This document shows, in pieces, positions 55,934 through 64,000 of a stretch of DNA of 64,000 bases. Location of the stretch: the IMG/VR virus record IMGVR_UViG_3300005439_000017, positions 1-64,000 of that record, one strand, 5' to 3'. The notes beneath the pieces are model-generated. The model was not told where the DNA came from. It worked only from the letters and a program-made list of their open reading frames with translations, and searched no databases. Origin of the DNA: a virus. Its lineage: Duplodnaviria > Caudoviricetes. The position numbers and the translations under genes are program-made. Positions within the stretch are counted from its first letter, which is position 1. Each line of letters begins with the position of its first letter.

Positions 55934-57406
55934 TTAGAATGATGCCAGGTCAAATACCAGCTCTCCACATGACAGAGGGTTGGTAATTCTAATACCTTTC
56001 TCAGCCAGGAAGTGTACTGTCCATCCATCAAGACCATTAGATCTCATGGTATTCATATAACCTTTAAGGTTATCAGCGCCAGCAGCTCCACCTGGAGTTT
56101 GTGCACCAGCAGTATACCAGCTCAGGAATGAACGATCTATACCATCAGCACCTTTAGCAACCATTGAGATGTTAGATTCTCCACCATACATAGAGAAGTC
56201 GAGAATTGTACAACGATATGACTCAATTGGTTTCAGTGTTACCGGATGAAGCTCCCTGTTGTTAACTGGGTTATCGTACAGAGGATTGTGTACCAGAGTA
56301 AGTTCTGTTCCATTCAGACCTTTGTATTTAATGAACTGTCCTTGCAGAGTAAGCTCTTGCCCAGAACCAGCAATAAATACGTCTGAATTAACAATTTGAT
56401 AACGCTGAACTGAGTTTTTCATTGCTTTATCAAAAGCATCGAAGAACCAATATCCGCAGAATCCAATAAATTTGGTTTGTTCTGCATCTCTAGCGTTTTC
56501 CATCAAATCAGTAAGGAATTGACGAACTACTTCTTCTGTTAGTTCGGTATAATAGCGTTTGTTAGCTGGAGCAATTTGTTCCAACACACCAGCACCAATG
56601 AATACAGGACGACCATTAGCACCTGGAAGGTGAACAGTTCCTTGAGGATCTTTGTTGTATTCTGAATACCAAAGCATCCTTTCACACTCATCTTGCCACT
56701 GAAGCATGAACTGATATTCCTGCTCATACATCCATAGCATAGAACCGCCTTTACCATCTCTTGCACCAACATTCAGCACCATTACATCAGTCTGAGCACC
56801 ACCAGTCATGGTGAATTCTTTCCTCATGGTAGTGAGTTGGTTTTCAAACCACATAGGAGTAGCTTGATAGCTGGTTCCACCTTCTGAGTATTCCTCATAA
56901 GCAGAGAATTCTTTTGAGAATTCTTTTCCTGGTTCCAGTTGAGTAGGATCTACGAACAAATCTGGATCTGGTTTCAGAAGCTGCAGAGTATAGATAAAAT
57001 CTGTACCATCCTGATCAGGGTCAGTTTGAACACGAACCAGAGTTCTATCGTTAGTAGCAAGAACGTCACCAAGACCAAATATCTTTTGAGAAAGTTTTAC
57101 TTGGAAAGTTGTTCTGTTGATACCAGGAGTAGCTCCACCAGTTACTTGTGCCATAATAGGAACAGCAGTAGTCAGAAGCCCCATCAAAGGCCAGCGGTAC
57201 TCTCTATTACCAATTATCTTATGTGTTTTAGACATTCGACCTGTGCCCTGTGTGTAAAAATTGAGAGCGTACTTCTTAGGCCCAAATGCATAGGCCAGAG
57301 TACTTGACAATATCTCTGGTTTTGTAAGCAGCGCAGTAGCAAGGTTATTTTGCTCTGTCATACCAGGTTGCCATTTCTGTTTAATAAACTGTAGATTGTT
57401 AACCAT
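55934..57406 (-). CDS. major capsid protein (crAss-like, HK97 fold)
   Basis: MTEQNNLATALL.KP, EYRWPLMG, SAYEEYSEGG, NQLTTMRKE, GAGVLEQI, and LVHNPLYD motifs; strong codon bias. Confidence 0.85.
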   Translation of the reverse strand: MVNNLQFIKQKWQPGMTEQNNLATALLTKPEILSSTLAYAFGPKKYALNFYTQGTGRMSKTHKIIGNREYRWPLMGLLTTAVPIMAQVTGGATPGINRTTFQVKLSQKIFGLGDVLATNDRTLVRVQTDPDQDGTDFIYTLQLLKPDPDLFVDPTQLEPGKEFSKEFSAYEEYSEGGTSYQATPMWFENQLTTMRKEFTMTGGAQTDVMVLNVGARDGKGGSMLWMYEQEYQFMLQWQDECERMLWYSEYNKDPQGTVHLPGANGRPVFIGAGVLEQIAPANKRYYTELTEEVVRQFLTDLMENARDAEQTKFIGFCGYWFFDAFDKAMKNSVQRYQIVNSDVFIAGSGQELTLQGQFIKYKGLNGTELTLVHNPLYDNPVNNRELHPVTLKPIESYRCTILDFSMYGGESNISMVAKGADGIDRSFLSWYTAGAQTPGGAAGADNLKGYMNTMRSNGLDGWTVHFLAEKGIRITNPLSCGELVFDLASF

Positions 57407-57433
57407 TAATCATAGTTTTAGTTATATTTATTG

Positions 57434-58561
57434 TTATTTATTGTTCTTAAGAAAAGGTAGTTGCCATTTACTGAAATCAATGTCTTTTCCATCTTCTTTT
57501 GTTTGTTCTTTTGCTTTTGTAGCTATCTTATTACCAGTATCGGTAAATTTGGTTATTGCTTTCTTAACTTCCTTGGTAGCCTCTGTTTTAGCCTTAGTTT
57601 TAATATCATCATATTTAAAATCAAGGAAAGACGCATAAGCCATTTTCAAAGCAGCATGCTTATCTGCTTTTGTTTTCCTCTCATATGGGGTTAAACCCTC
57701 TTTATCTTTCTGAGTAAGATACTTAATGAAGTCTGGTTTTTTAGCCTCATTTAGAGGTAACCCTCCAATTTCAGAAGAGGTTTTTATAGTATGAACTACA
57801 TCAGCCCAATAGTTTTCGACTCTCTTCTTGTGTTCTGCCATTGCTTGTTCTTGGTCTTTTATCAGATTTTGCTTAGATTGTTCATCTAGTTTTCCAAGCT
57901 TCTTTTTAGCAATTTTGGCTTCTTTTTCAGTTATACCAGCAGCTTCATATCCTTCAATCTTATCTTTAATATCTTCATCATCGTATCCTTCCCTTTCGAG
58001 AAGGGATTTTATAACAAATTTCTGATTGATAATATTATCTTCCCCCTCTATAGTTAGATCTGAATAATCTGGAGATTGTAGAAAGGTTTTGATGAATTTC
58101 TCTGGCTTTCCACCGTTTTTAAGATAATCATAAAGATCCCCCATCAACCCATCTCCCATTTCCTTGATACCATCTAGTTCTTGTTCAATAGTGCTTGCTG
58201 CAATATCTTTAAGATAAGAAGCTATTCCTGAGATGCCAGCATTAAGATACTCTTCGTCTACATCTCCTTCTAGACCTAATTCATCATTAATTAACTTATA
58301 GAAGCTTTTTACAGACTCTGTTTCATCAACCTCTTCTGTTTCTGTCTCGGGTTTCTCTTTTTCTTCCTTTTCGACTTCTTCAGTTTCTGGTTTAGACTCT
58401 TCTTCCTTTGTTTCTTCTTTAGTCTCCTCTTTTTCCTCAGTCTTTACTTCGACTTCTTCCTTTACTTCTTCCTCTTTTACAGATTCAAAAGTATCAGAAA
58501 GAATATTGTCCAGACTAAAGTCTTCCCAGTTAATTTCTGTTTCTTGTGTTTCTTTACTCAT
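57434..58561 (-). CDS. acidic scaffold-like protein (375 aa)
   Basis: E/K-rich low-complexity N-terminus and coiled coil; between portal and MCP. Confidence 0.65.
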   Translation of the reverse strand: MSKETQETEINWEDFSLDNILSDTFESVKEEEVKEEVEVKTEEKEETKEETKEEESKPETEEVEKEEKEKPETETEEVDETESVKSFYKLINDELGLEGDVDEEYLNAGISGIASYLKDIAASTIEQELDGIKEMGDGLMGDLYDYLKNGGKPEKFIKTFLQSPDYSDLTIEGEDNIINQKFVIKSLLEREGYDDEDIKDKIEGYEAAGITEKEAKIAKKKLGKLDEQSKQNLIKDQEQAMAEHKKRVENYWADVVHTIKTSSEIGGLPLNEAKKPDFIKYLTQKDKEGLTPYERKTKADKHAALKMAYASFLDFKYDDIKTKAKTEATKEVKKAITKFTDTGNKIATKAKEQTKEDGKDIDFSKWQLPFLKNNK

Positions 58562-58568
58562 ATTCTCT

Positions 58569-58576
58569 CAAATTTA
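58569..58576 (-). promoter_or_regulatory. -7 promoter element upstream of the scaffold/MCP genes
   Basis: TAAATTTG (TAnnTTTG) 7 nt before ATG 58561 in an 85-nt AT-rich gap; no clear -33. Confidence 0.4.
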
Positions 58577-58646
58577 GTTAATTTTTATGATATTATAATT
58601 ATTTTTATTATATTGATTTAAACTTTTTGTTGATTGTTATAGCTTT

Positions 58647-61010
58647 TTATTTACTTTTGGGTTTTGGTTTATTTCTCGCAGCTATCTTTTTAATCTCTAC
58701 TTCCTTTTCTTTCATCTTCTTCTCATGATTAACTTTATCTCTTTCAAGATTCAGATAGTCTTTATCAAGATTTTGATTAGCTCTGGATTCTTCCCTTTGA
58801 ATATTTAGCTTCTCTCTTTCTATTTGAAACTTATTGGCTATTTCCTGAGAATTATCAGGCGTAGATTCCTCTTTAGACAATTCAGCAATAGTTAATTTAG
58901 TCTCATTATCTCTAATATTATTATCTATCTCTGTCTGTCTATCAGCCTCTTTATCTCTTATTTGAGCATCTGCAATCTCTTTCTGAGCTTGTAATTGTTG
59001 TTCCTGAAGCCTTTCTTCTCTCTCCTGTGCTCTCTTATCAGCAGCTTGGAGTTGTTGTTTCACTTTAGCTATAGAATCTGTAGAAAGGATATTGGCAATG
59101 TCTGTCAGTGTTACAGCTCCTGCTTGTAAAGCTGCCTGAGCAAGTTGTTTAAGTGTATCTAGTGATTGTTGATCTTTAGAGCTATTTGATATAAATATGC
59201 CAAATTCAGAATCAGCAAATTGATCTCCGTCTATACTAAAGAATATCCTATTAAGATCATCAGTAACGTATTGAGCTTTCTTACCATCTTTCCAAGCAAC
59301 CTTAGCTGCTTCCAGCAAATTAGTTAAAACTCTTCTTTTAACCTCAGAGTGTATATAAAACATGGGTTCGGTAATGTGAGAACTCTGAACAACAGATCTT
59401 TCAACATTACCAACCAGTTCGCTTGAACTTACTTCTCCCTGCCTTTGTCTAGATACTCCACTAATCTCACCAATCATATCTTCGATCTTATTTAACATAA
59501 GAACATATTGATTAATGATATTGGCCAATGACATATCTATTGACTGAAAATTATTAAAAGAAGAAGATTTACCTGCAAATTTACCAGTACCTTCTTCAAA
59601 CGAATTGATGAACGCAACACCTAAAGTATCAAGATAATACATCCACTTCTCAGTATCTATACCCAAAGATCTTGGTATTTGTGCTATATCCATCAACATG
59701 ATCTTGTCTTTAGATTTAGCCAACGATAACTCCAAACGATACATCATCACATCATAGAAGTATTGATGAGGTTTCATCACAGACACGAGTGCCTGATGCC
59801 TCCAAACACCTGTATAAGGCAATTTCCTCCTAGAAGGATTATCTAAAGACATATTCTGATATGGAACAGGTCTGACGTTAACAAATATATCTGCACCTAT
59901 TCTGGTACCTTCCCAAGTCTCATTAACCCATTTCCATTCTATAGATTCGCCAAGATCTTTGTTTGGTTTATAGGTCTCGTCTACTATGGTCTCTTCTTGT
60001 TCTCCTGTTTCAGGATTCTGAAATGTAAGAAATCCAACTTTTCTCAATCCTTGCCAACATACATGTACTACCCTTATTAGTGAGTTATTATTAAGAATAT
60101 AAGAATCATTCATAAAGGGATCAGCATAACTAATTGGTACACCAAGATTAGTGTCCACAATAGTTACGTAATTTTGCCCATTTTTAATTGATTCTATCCT
60201 ATCTATATCCTCTTCAGACAAATCATCATAGAATTGATCATATACGTCCGAGGGTGTCATAAAACGCTGATAATAGCAATACTGAGCATCTTCTATGTAT
60301 GAAATATCATTAGACATCTCGGCATAGAAATGCCTTGGATCAACCAGATAAGCATCTGGGTCACCATTCCTAATACCTGTATAGTATATTTCATTACCTG
60401 TTGTTAAATACCCCTTAAATCCCTTATTAAACAGAGTTTTAACATCACAATACCAAGTAAGATAGTCTAGAGCTTGTTGCCCTAAAATCTCTCTCATATC
60501 GGAATAAGAAGTTTCTATGAACTTATCTATCTGCTCTATAGTCATCGGTTGCTCTGGAGCCTCTTCTGGAGGAATCATACCAGCTGCAAATAGTTCTTGC
60601 TTGAGTATATCTGTAAGAGTCTTTAGTACTAGCTCTTGCTTCTTCTGCTCTGCTATAGTAACAGAATCTGAGTTTAGCGCGACTACTTTATAGTTAAATG
60701 GCCTCTTTATCTCTTCTCCTACTAACAGGTCTACTTTAGGCTTTATAATATTATAATTCTGTAGAGTGGCTGGGAACTGAGCATTCTTTAATCCATATGG
60801 ATTTGTAACATAATGTAGATCTCTTTCGTTTATATGACCATTATAAAGATCTATATTATTCTGTATTTCCGGATAGTCCAAAGTACCTGTCATGGATGTA
60901 TAGCCAGTAAGGTTCAGAATGCTATTTATAACACTTCTTCCCCATTCCTTTAGCGATCCATATTCAGATTCTTTCTGAGAATCAGTCAACCTTTGATTAG
61001 GTATAATCAT
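58647..61010 (-). CDS. portal protein
   Basis: NYNIIKPKVDLLVGEEIKRP, WEGTRIG, KPHQYFYDVMMYRLEL, and ISGVSRQRQG motifs; follows terminase. Confidence 0.85.
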   Translation of the reverse strand: MIIPNQRLTDSQKESEYGSLKEWGRSVINSILNLTGYTSMTGTLDYPEIQNNIDLYNGHINERDLHYVTNPYGLKNAQFPATLQNYNIIKPKVDLLVGEEIKRPFNYKVVALNSDSVTIAEQKKQELVLKTLTDILKQELFAAGMIPPEEAPEQPMTIEQIDKFIETSYSDMREILGQQALDYLTWYCDVKTLFNKGFKGYLTTGNEIYYTGIRNGDPDAYLVDPRHFYAEMSNDISYIEDAQYCYYQRFMTPSDVYDQFYDDLSEEDIDRIESIKNGQNYVTIVDTNLGVPISYADPFMNDSYILNNNSLIRVVHVCWQGLRKVGFLTFQNPETGEQEETIVDETYKPNKDLGESIEWKWVNETWEGTRIGADIFVNVRPVPYQNMSLDNPSRRKLPYTGVWRHQALVSVMKPHQYFYDVMMYRLELSLAKSKDKIMLMDIAQIPRSLGIDTEKWMYYLDTLGVAFINSFEEGTGKFAGKSSSFNNFQSIDMSLANIINQYVLMLNKIEDMIGEISGVSRQRQGEVSSSELVGNVERSVVQSSHITEPMFYIHSEVKRRVLTNLLEAAKVAWKDGKKAQYVTDDLNRIFFSIDGDQFADSEFGIFISNSSKDQQSLDTLKQLAQAALQAGAVTLTDIANILSTDSIAKVKQQLQAADKRAQEREERLQEQQLQAQKEIADAQIRDKEADRQTEIDNNIRDNETKLTIAELSKEESTPDNSQEIANKFQIEREKLNIQREESRANQNLDKDYLNLERDKVNHEKKMKEKEVEIKKIAARNKPKPKSK

Positions 61011-61030
61011 TCATAACAAATTAATTTTTA

Positions 61031-61062
61031 CAAATATACAAATTTTTCTTGTATTTTACAAT
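61031..61062 (-). promoter_or_regulatory. Bacteroidota-type promoter upstream of portal
   Basis: TATATTTG at 61038-31, with a partial -33 (ATTG, 61062-59) at a 20-nt spacer. Confidence 0.5.
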
Positions 61063-64000
61063 TGATTTCTTTGGAATAGTTCCTTTTGAAAGAATTTATC
61101 TTCTAAAAGATAGTTCTTCTTTACAAGTTCTTGTTCCATTTCCATCTTCAACTCTTTTCTGTATAGAATCGCCAATAAAAAGGCTATAACAGCATCAAAG
61201 TTCCCTTCATCATTATAACTTATCAATTGTTTTATAAGAAATTCATCGTATAGTTTATTTAAGTTCAATAGCTCTCCTTGCTCTTCAACAAGCCAATCGT
61301 AACCCCATAACTCACACTGAGTTTTTATGGCTGGTACCATATGTGTACCTTTTGGCCTCTTTACTGAACTATTCTTTATAATTTTATCTAGAATATCTGG
61401 CTGATCCTTTAGGAGGTAAGATTGACCTCTTTCTTCAAAATACCATTCTAGTCCTCTCTTTTCGTTCTCATATAGACAAACTGCATTGTAATATAAGCAC
61501 ATTCTTCTGACAATCTCATAGAATTCTTTGGCCTTTTCAGGTCTACCATGATAGGTAGCTACTGGCAAATCATATACTTCTCCAGCATTTATTAAAGTTT
61601 TCCATACTATACAACTTCCTACAGATTGTGAATTGTTTGCCTCGTCTTGATCGTAAGGATCACAAGTGGCAAAATATTCCCCATAATCAGATTGATTTGG
61701 CTTACTAGGGTGTTCATAAATTATTACTGCTCCTTCTTTATCAAGACCAAATTCATCCTTCTTAAAAGGCCAATCTAATGGCTTCTTTCTCGGGTCGGGT
61801 ACAAATTCTACTGTACCATCTTGTTTCAGATCGAATCTGCCAATATCTTTAAGATACTTAAGTTCTTTCTTGGCTTCTATTTTTGCTAACTGTCTTGCAA
61901 GTAATGCTGCAGGGAATTTATTACCCTTACTAAGAACAAAGGCTTCTTGAGGTGTCCAAGCGTTCTGAGATACAAAGTTATCATAATCGCTCCTCCTTCT
62001 TACCCCCTTAAGTTTCTTTTCTCGTTCCTTTAAGTCTGATTCTTTTGCTATCTCAATCAAAGAATTACCATACTTGTCTATGTAGGGAGGTTTAGCAAGA
62101 TAATTAGGAATAAATAATCCGCTTTTAGTACCTGATTTACCTTCATCCCAAATATTATCAAACTCTAAGAGATCGTAAGCTCTAGGATTATAATACATTT
62201 CTGCAAAGTCCTGAGTACCTCCTTCAATATCTCCTCCAGTTCCAAAGATAATAGGAGTACCCCTCATTATATCTCCATCTTTCCAAGTTGGTTGCGAGAA
62301 TGTATATGCTCTTATTAGGTTTGGCATCTTTCCAGCTTCTTCCCATAGAAATAAACTGGTTGCTTTACCAATAGCTTTAAAAGCATCATCTTTAAATGTT
62401 ATCTTATGAATTTCTGATTTATAGCCTGACCATACTTCAGTACCATTTACTGTTTGCTTAAATTGAGCTTTCATAAAATCCCTTCTATCAGGATTCCTTT
62501 GTCTTCCCCATGCAGTATGTTTATTCAAGAAATCTAAATCTTCAATAATCATACCTATAGTATTGTCAGCCAAACCATCTAAGTATGCTCCAACAACAGA
62601 TATTGATTCTCTAATAAGATTAAATTCATTGGCTACCAGCCAAGCATTCTTAAACGAATTATGTGTGGGAATAAAATCTTTTGTAAGGTATACATGGTCT
62701 TTGGAGTCTATTAATATACAAGCTGATTTTTCCTTATAGTCTAGTTTATTGATTTCCACTATAGCTGTATACTTGTTTATATTTTTTTCTCTAACTCTAT
62801 CCGATTTTCTAGGAAGCTTAAACAGATTTTCATTAGACCTTATATAAACTCTGTACGCACCATTGCTTTTTAGCTTCCTATCAAAAGTACAATTTATACC
62901 TAGACTTCTGACTACAAAACAAAAATCCTCAGCCAATCTTAAAGAACAAGTAGAGAAATCTATATTTCCATATTTATTTATAGATCCGTCAGTATCTAAC
63001 AACCCCTTTATCAAGTCATATCTATCGTTTATAGAAGAATATTTATATATATCTGGTATAAACTTGGTTTCCCCTTTACAGTCAAGTTGTAGTCTCTTTA
63101 TTTCTTCTTTTAAAGGATTTATTTTGTAGCCTCTGTGGGGCTTGTTATATTTAATATGTAGCATGGGATGATGGACATTATAATACACTATCCTGTAATT
63201 ACAGGTTGTTTCATCATGTACTAAAGTATACTCATCGCCCAGCCTGTCTTGAATAGCATCTAATATTTCCTGATCGGCCGATGCTATCTTCAAAGCCCTA
63301 TTAATAGTACCATCTCCTATTAAAAGCCCTAAAACATAAGGATCTATTGGAAGACTAGTAGACGAGTTTTCATATTCTACTTTATCTATTTGTCTAACAT
63401 GGTACTTATACTCTCTATTTTTACCTTTGTTTATTTCTCTTGTGAGATTGCCATTTATTAACTGTTCGGTGGTAAGAATCTTCTTATATTTTTTCCCCCT
63501 CCCTTTACACCAAACCTCCCACAAATGATCTTTTCCACACTTTACTATTCTCCCGTCTAAGAACTTAATTTCATAGACATCTTTCTCTCCCTGCTCAAAC
63601 TTTTCAAGAACTTTGGCCTTTCCATTAGGAGTTAACACAAAATCCCCCTCCTTTATCTCTCCCATTGTAGAGGGTCCAGTTGGAGTCATGACACATTCGG
63701 AGTACGGCTGTTCAAAACCTTTCCTTCTAGCCTTTGCTACTATAAGCCCTTTATTCTGCCTTTTAGCCTCATTAAGAGCCCAAAAGAACTGATAATCCAT
63801 ATCATAGAAGGTGGGGAAATCTATAAAGTTTCTCTTTCTACCATCAGGTAGCTCTTCTACTTTCAGTATCCTTGAAAAGTTCAGATAGCCATAGTGCTCT
63901 CCTGTAATCTTAACTCCACTGATTTCGTAACCCTCAATCCTTCTCCTCTTCTGTTCATCCCAATAATTAATATAATCTTTAGTCCCTTTAGGAAACTTAC
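61056..64000 (-). CDS. terL: terminase large subunit (5'-truncated by the window), containing an intein
   Basis: The frame stays open to the window edge (KFPKGTKDYINYWDEQ...ITGEHYGYLNF). Walker A KARRKGF|S, Walker B LFLWEEAGK, FGTGG coupling motif, and nuclease ATCDPYD...NFDAVIA. Confidence 0.9.
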   Translation of the reverse strand, partial: KFPKGTKDYINYWDEQKRRRIEGYEISGVKITGEHYGYLNFSRILKVEELPDGRKRNFIDFPTFYDMDYQFFWALNEAKRQNKGLIVAKARRKGFEQPYSECVMTPTGPSTMGEIKEGDFVLTPNGKAKVLEKFEQGEKDVYEIKFLDGRIVKCGKDHLWEVWCKGRGKKYKKILTTEQLINGNLTREINKGKNREYKYHVRQIDKVEYENSSTSLPIDPYVLGLLIGDGTINRALKIASADQEILDAIQDRLGDEYTLVHDETTCNYRIVYYNVHHPMLHIKYNKPHRGYKINPLKEEIKRLQLDCKGETKFIPDIYKYSSINDRYDLIKGLLDTDGSINKYGNIDFSTCSLRLAEDFCFVVRSLGINCTFDRKLKSNGAYRVYIRSNENLFKLPRKSDRVREKNINKYTAIVEINKLDYKEKSACILIDSKDHVYLTKDFIPTHNSFKNAWLVANEFNLIRESISVVGAYLDGLADNTIGMIIEDLDFLNKHTAWGRQRNPDRRDFMKAQFKQTVNGTEVWSGYKSEIHKITFKDDAFKAIGKATSLFLWEEAGKMPNLIRAYTFSQPTWKDGDIMRGTPIIFGTGGDIEGGTQDFAEMYYNPRAYDLLEFDNIWDEGKSGTKSGLFIPNYLAKPPYIDKYGNSLIEIAKESDLKEREKKLKGVRRRSDYDNFVSQNAWTPQEAFVLSKGNKFPAALLARQLAKIEAKKELKYLKDIGRFDLKQDGTVEFVPDPRKKPLDWPFKKDEFGLDKEGAVIIYEHPSKPNQSDYGEYFATCDPYDQDEANNSQSVGSCIVWKTLINAGEVYDLPVATYHGRPEKAKEFYEIVRRMCLYYNAVCLYENEKRGLEWYFEERGQSYLLKDQPDILDKIIKNSSVKRPKGTHMVPAIKTQCELWGYDWLVEEQGELLNLNKLYDEFLIKQLISYNDEGNFDAVIAFLLAILYRKELKMEMEQELVKKNYLLEDKFFQKELFQRNQL
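62658..63713 (-). mobile_element. intein (352 aa, class-3 signature) with LAGLIDADG endonuclease
   Basis: Inserted between F and S of KARRKGF|SFKNA. It begins EQPYSECVMTPTG, has block B CGKDHLW and block F SACILID, and ends IPTHN. Endonuclease motifs: VLGLLIGDG and IKGLLDTDG. Confidence 0.88.

Noticed and set aside
57399-57413. Four-codon upstream ORF (MING*) overlapping the MCP start
   Set aside because: Expected by chance in AT-rich leaders; no supporting structure.
1-64000. Stop-codon reassignment (TAG/TGA), known in some crAss-like phages
   Set aside because: Genes up to 10.7 kb are uninterrupted in the standard code, TAG and TGA both end genes at sensible places, and the tRNA anticodon is CCA, not a suppressor.
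1-64000. CRISPR array, rRNA, integrase/att site
   Set aside because: No regularly spaced repeats, rRNA-like sequence or recombinase motifs were found by eye.

Overview
A 64 kb, AT-rich segment of a crAss-like (Crassvirales-type) lytic phage genome. The host is most likely Bacteroidota, judged from TTTG-N19-TAnnTTTG promoters and A-rich, SD-less ribosome-binding regions. Two gene blocks converge at a bidirectional hairpin near 17.85 kb. The plus strand (1-17834) is the replication/early block: the C-terminus of a family-B DNA polymerase; a 7.2 kb operon of amide-bond-forming enzymes (ATP-grasp ligase, orphan protein, class-I glutamine amidotransferase, phiEco32-type COOH-NH2 ligase, two class-II amidotransferases, amidoligase); replisome organiser; DnaB helicase split by a group I intron (9993-11022) with a LAGLIDADG endonuclease in its P1 loop; DUF5664-like dNTP pyrophosphohydrolase; AAA ATPase; SSB; primase; RusA-like resolvase; PD-(D/E)xK nuclease; an unannotated 9-Cys mini-protein; and an LMW-PTP-like phosphatase. 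The minus strand (64000 to 17903) is the virion block: terminase with a class-3-type intein beginning with Glu, portal, scaffold-like protein, major capsid, ring/tail proteins, tail fibres (one with an SGNH hydrolase inserted inside an FN3 domain), dispersed lysis genes, an exonuclease plus tRNA-Trp island, cargo proteins and a ~3580 aa single-chain virion RNA polymerase that also carries zincin-protease and ADP-ribosyltransferase-like domains. The standard genetic code fits and no CRISPR array was seen. All family assignments come from motif recognition by eye; no database searches were run.
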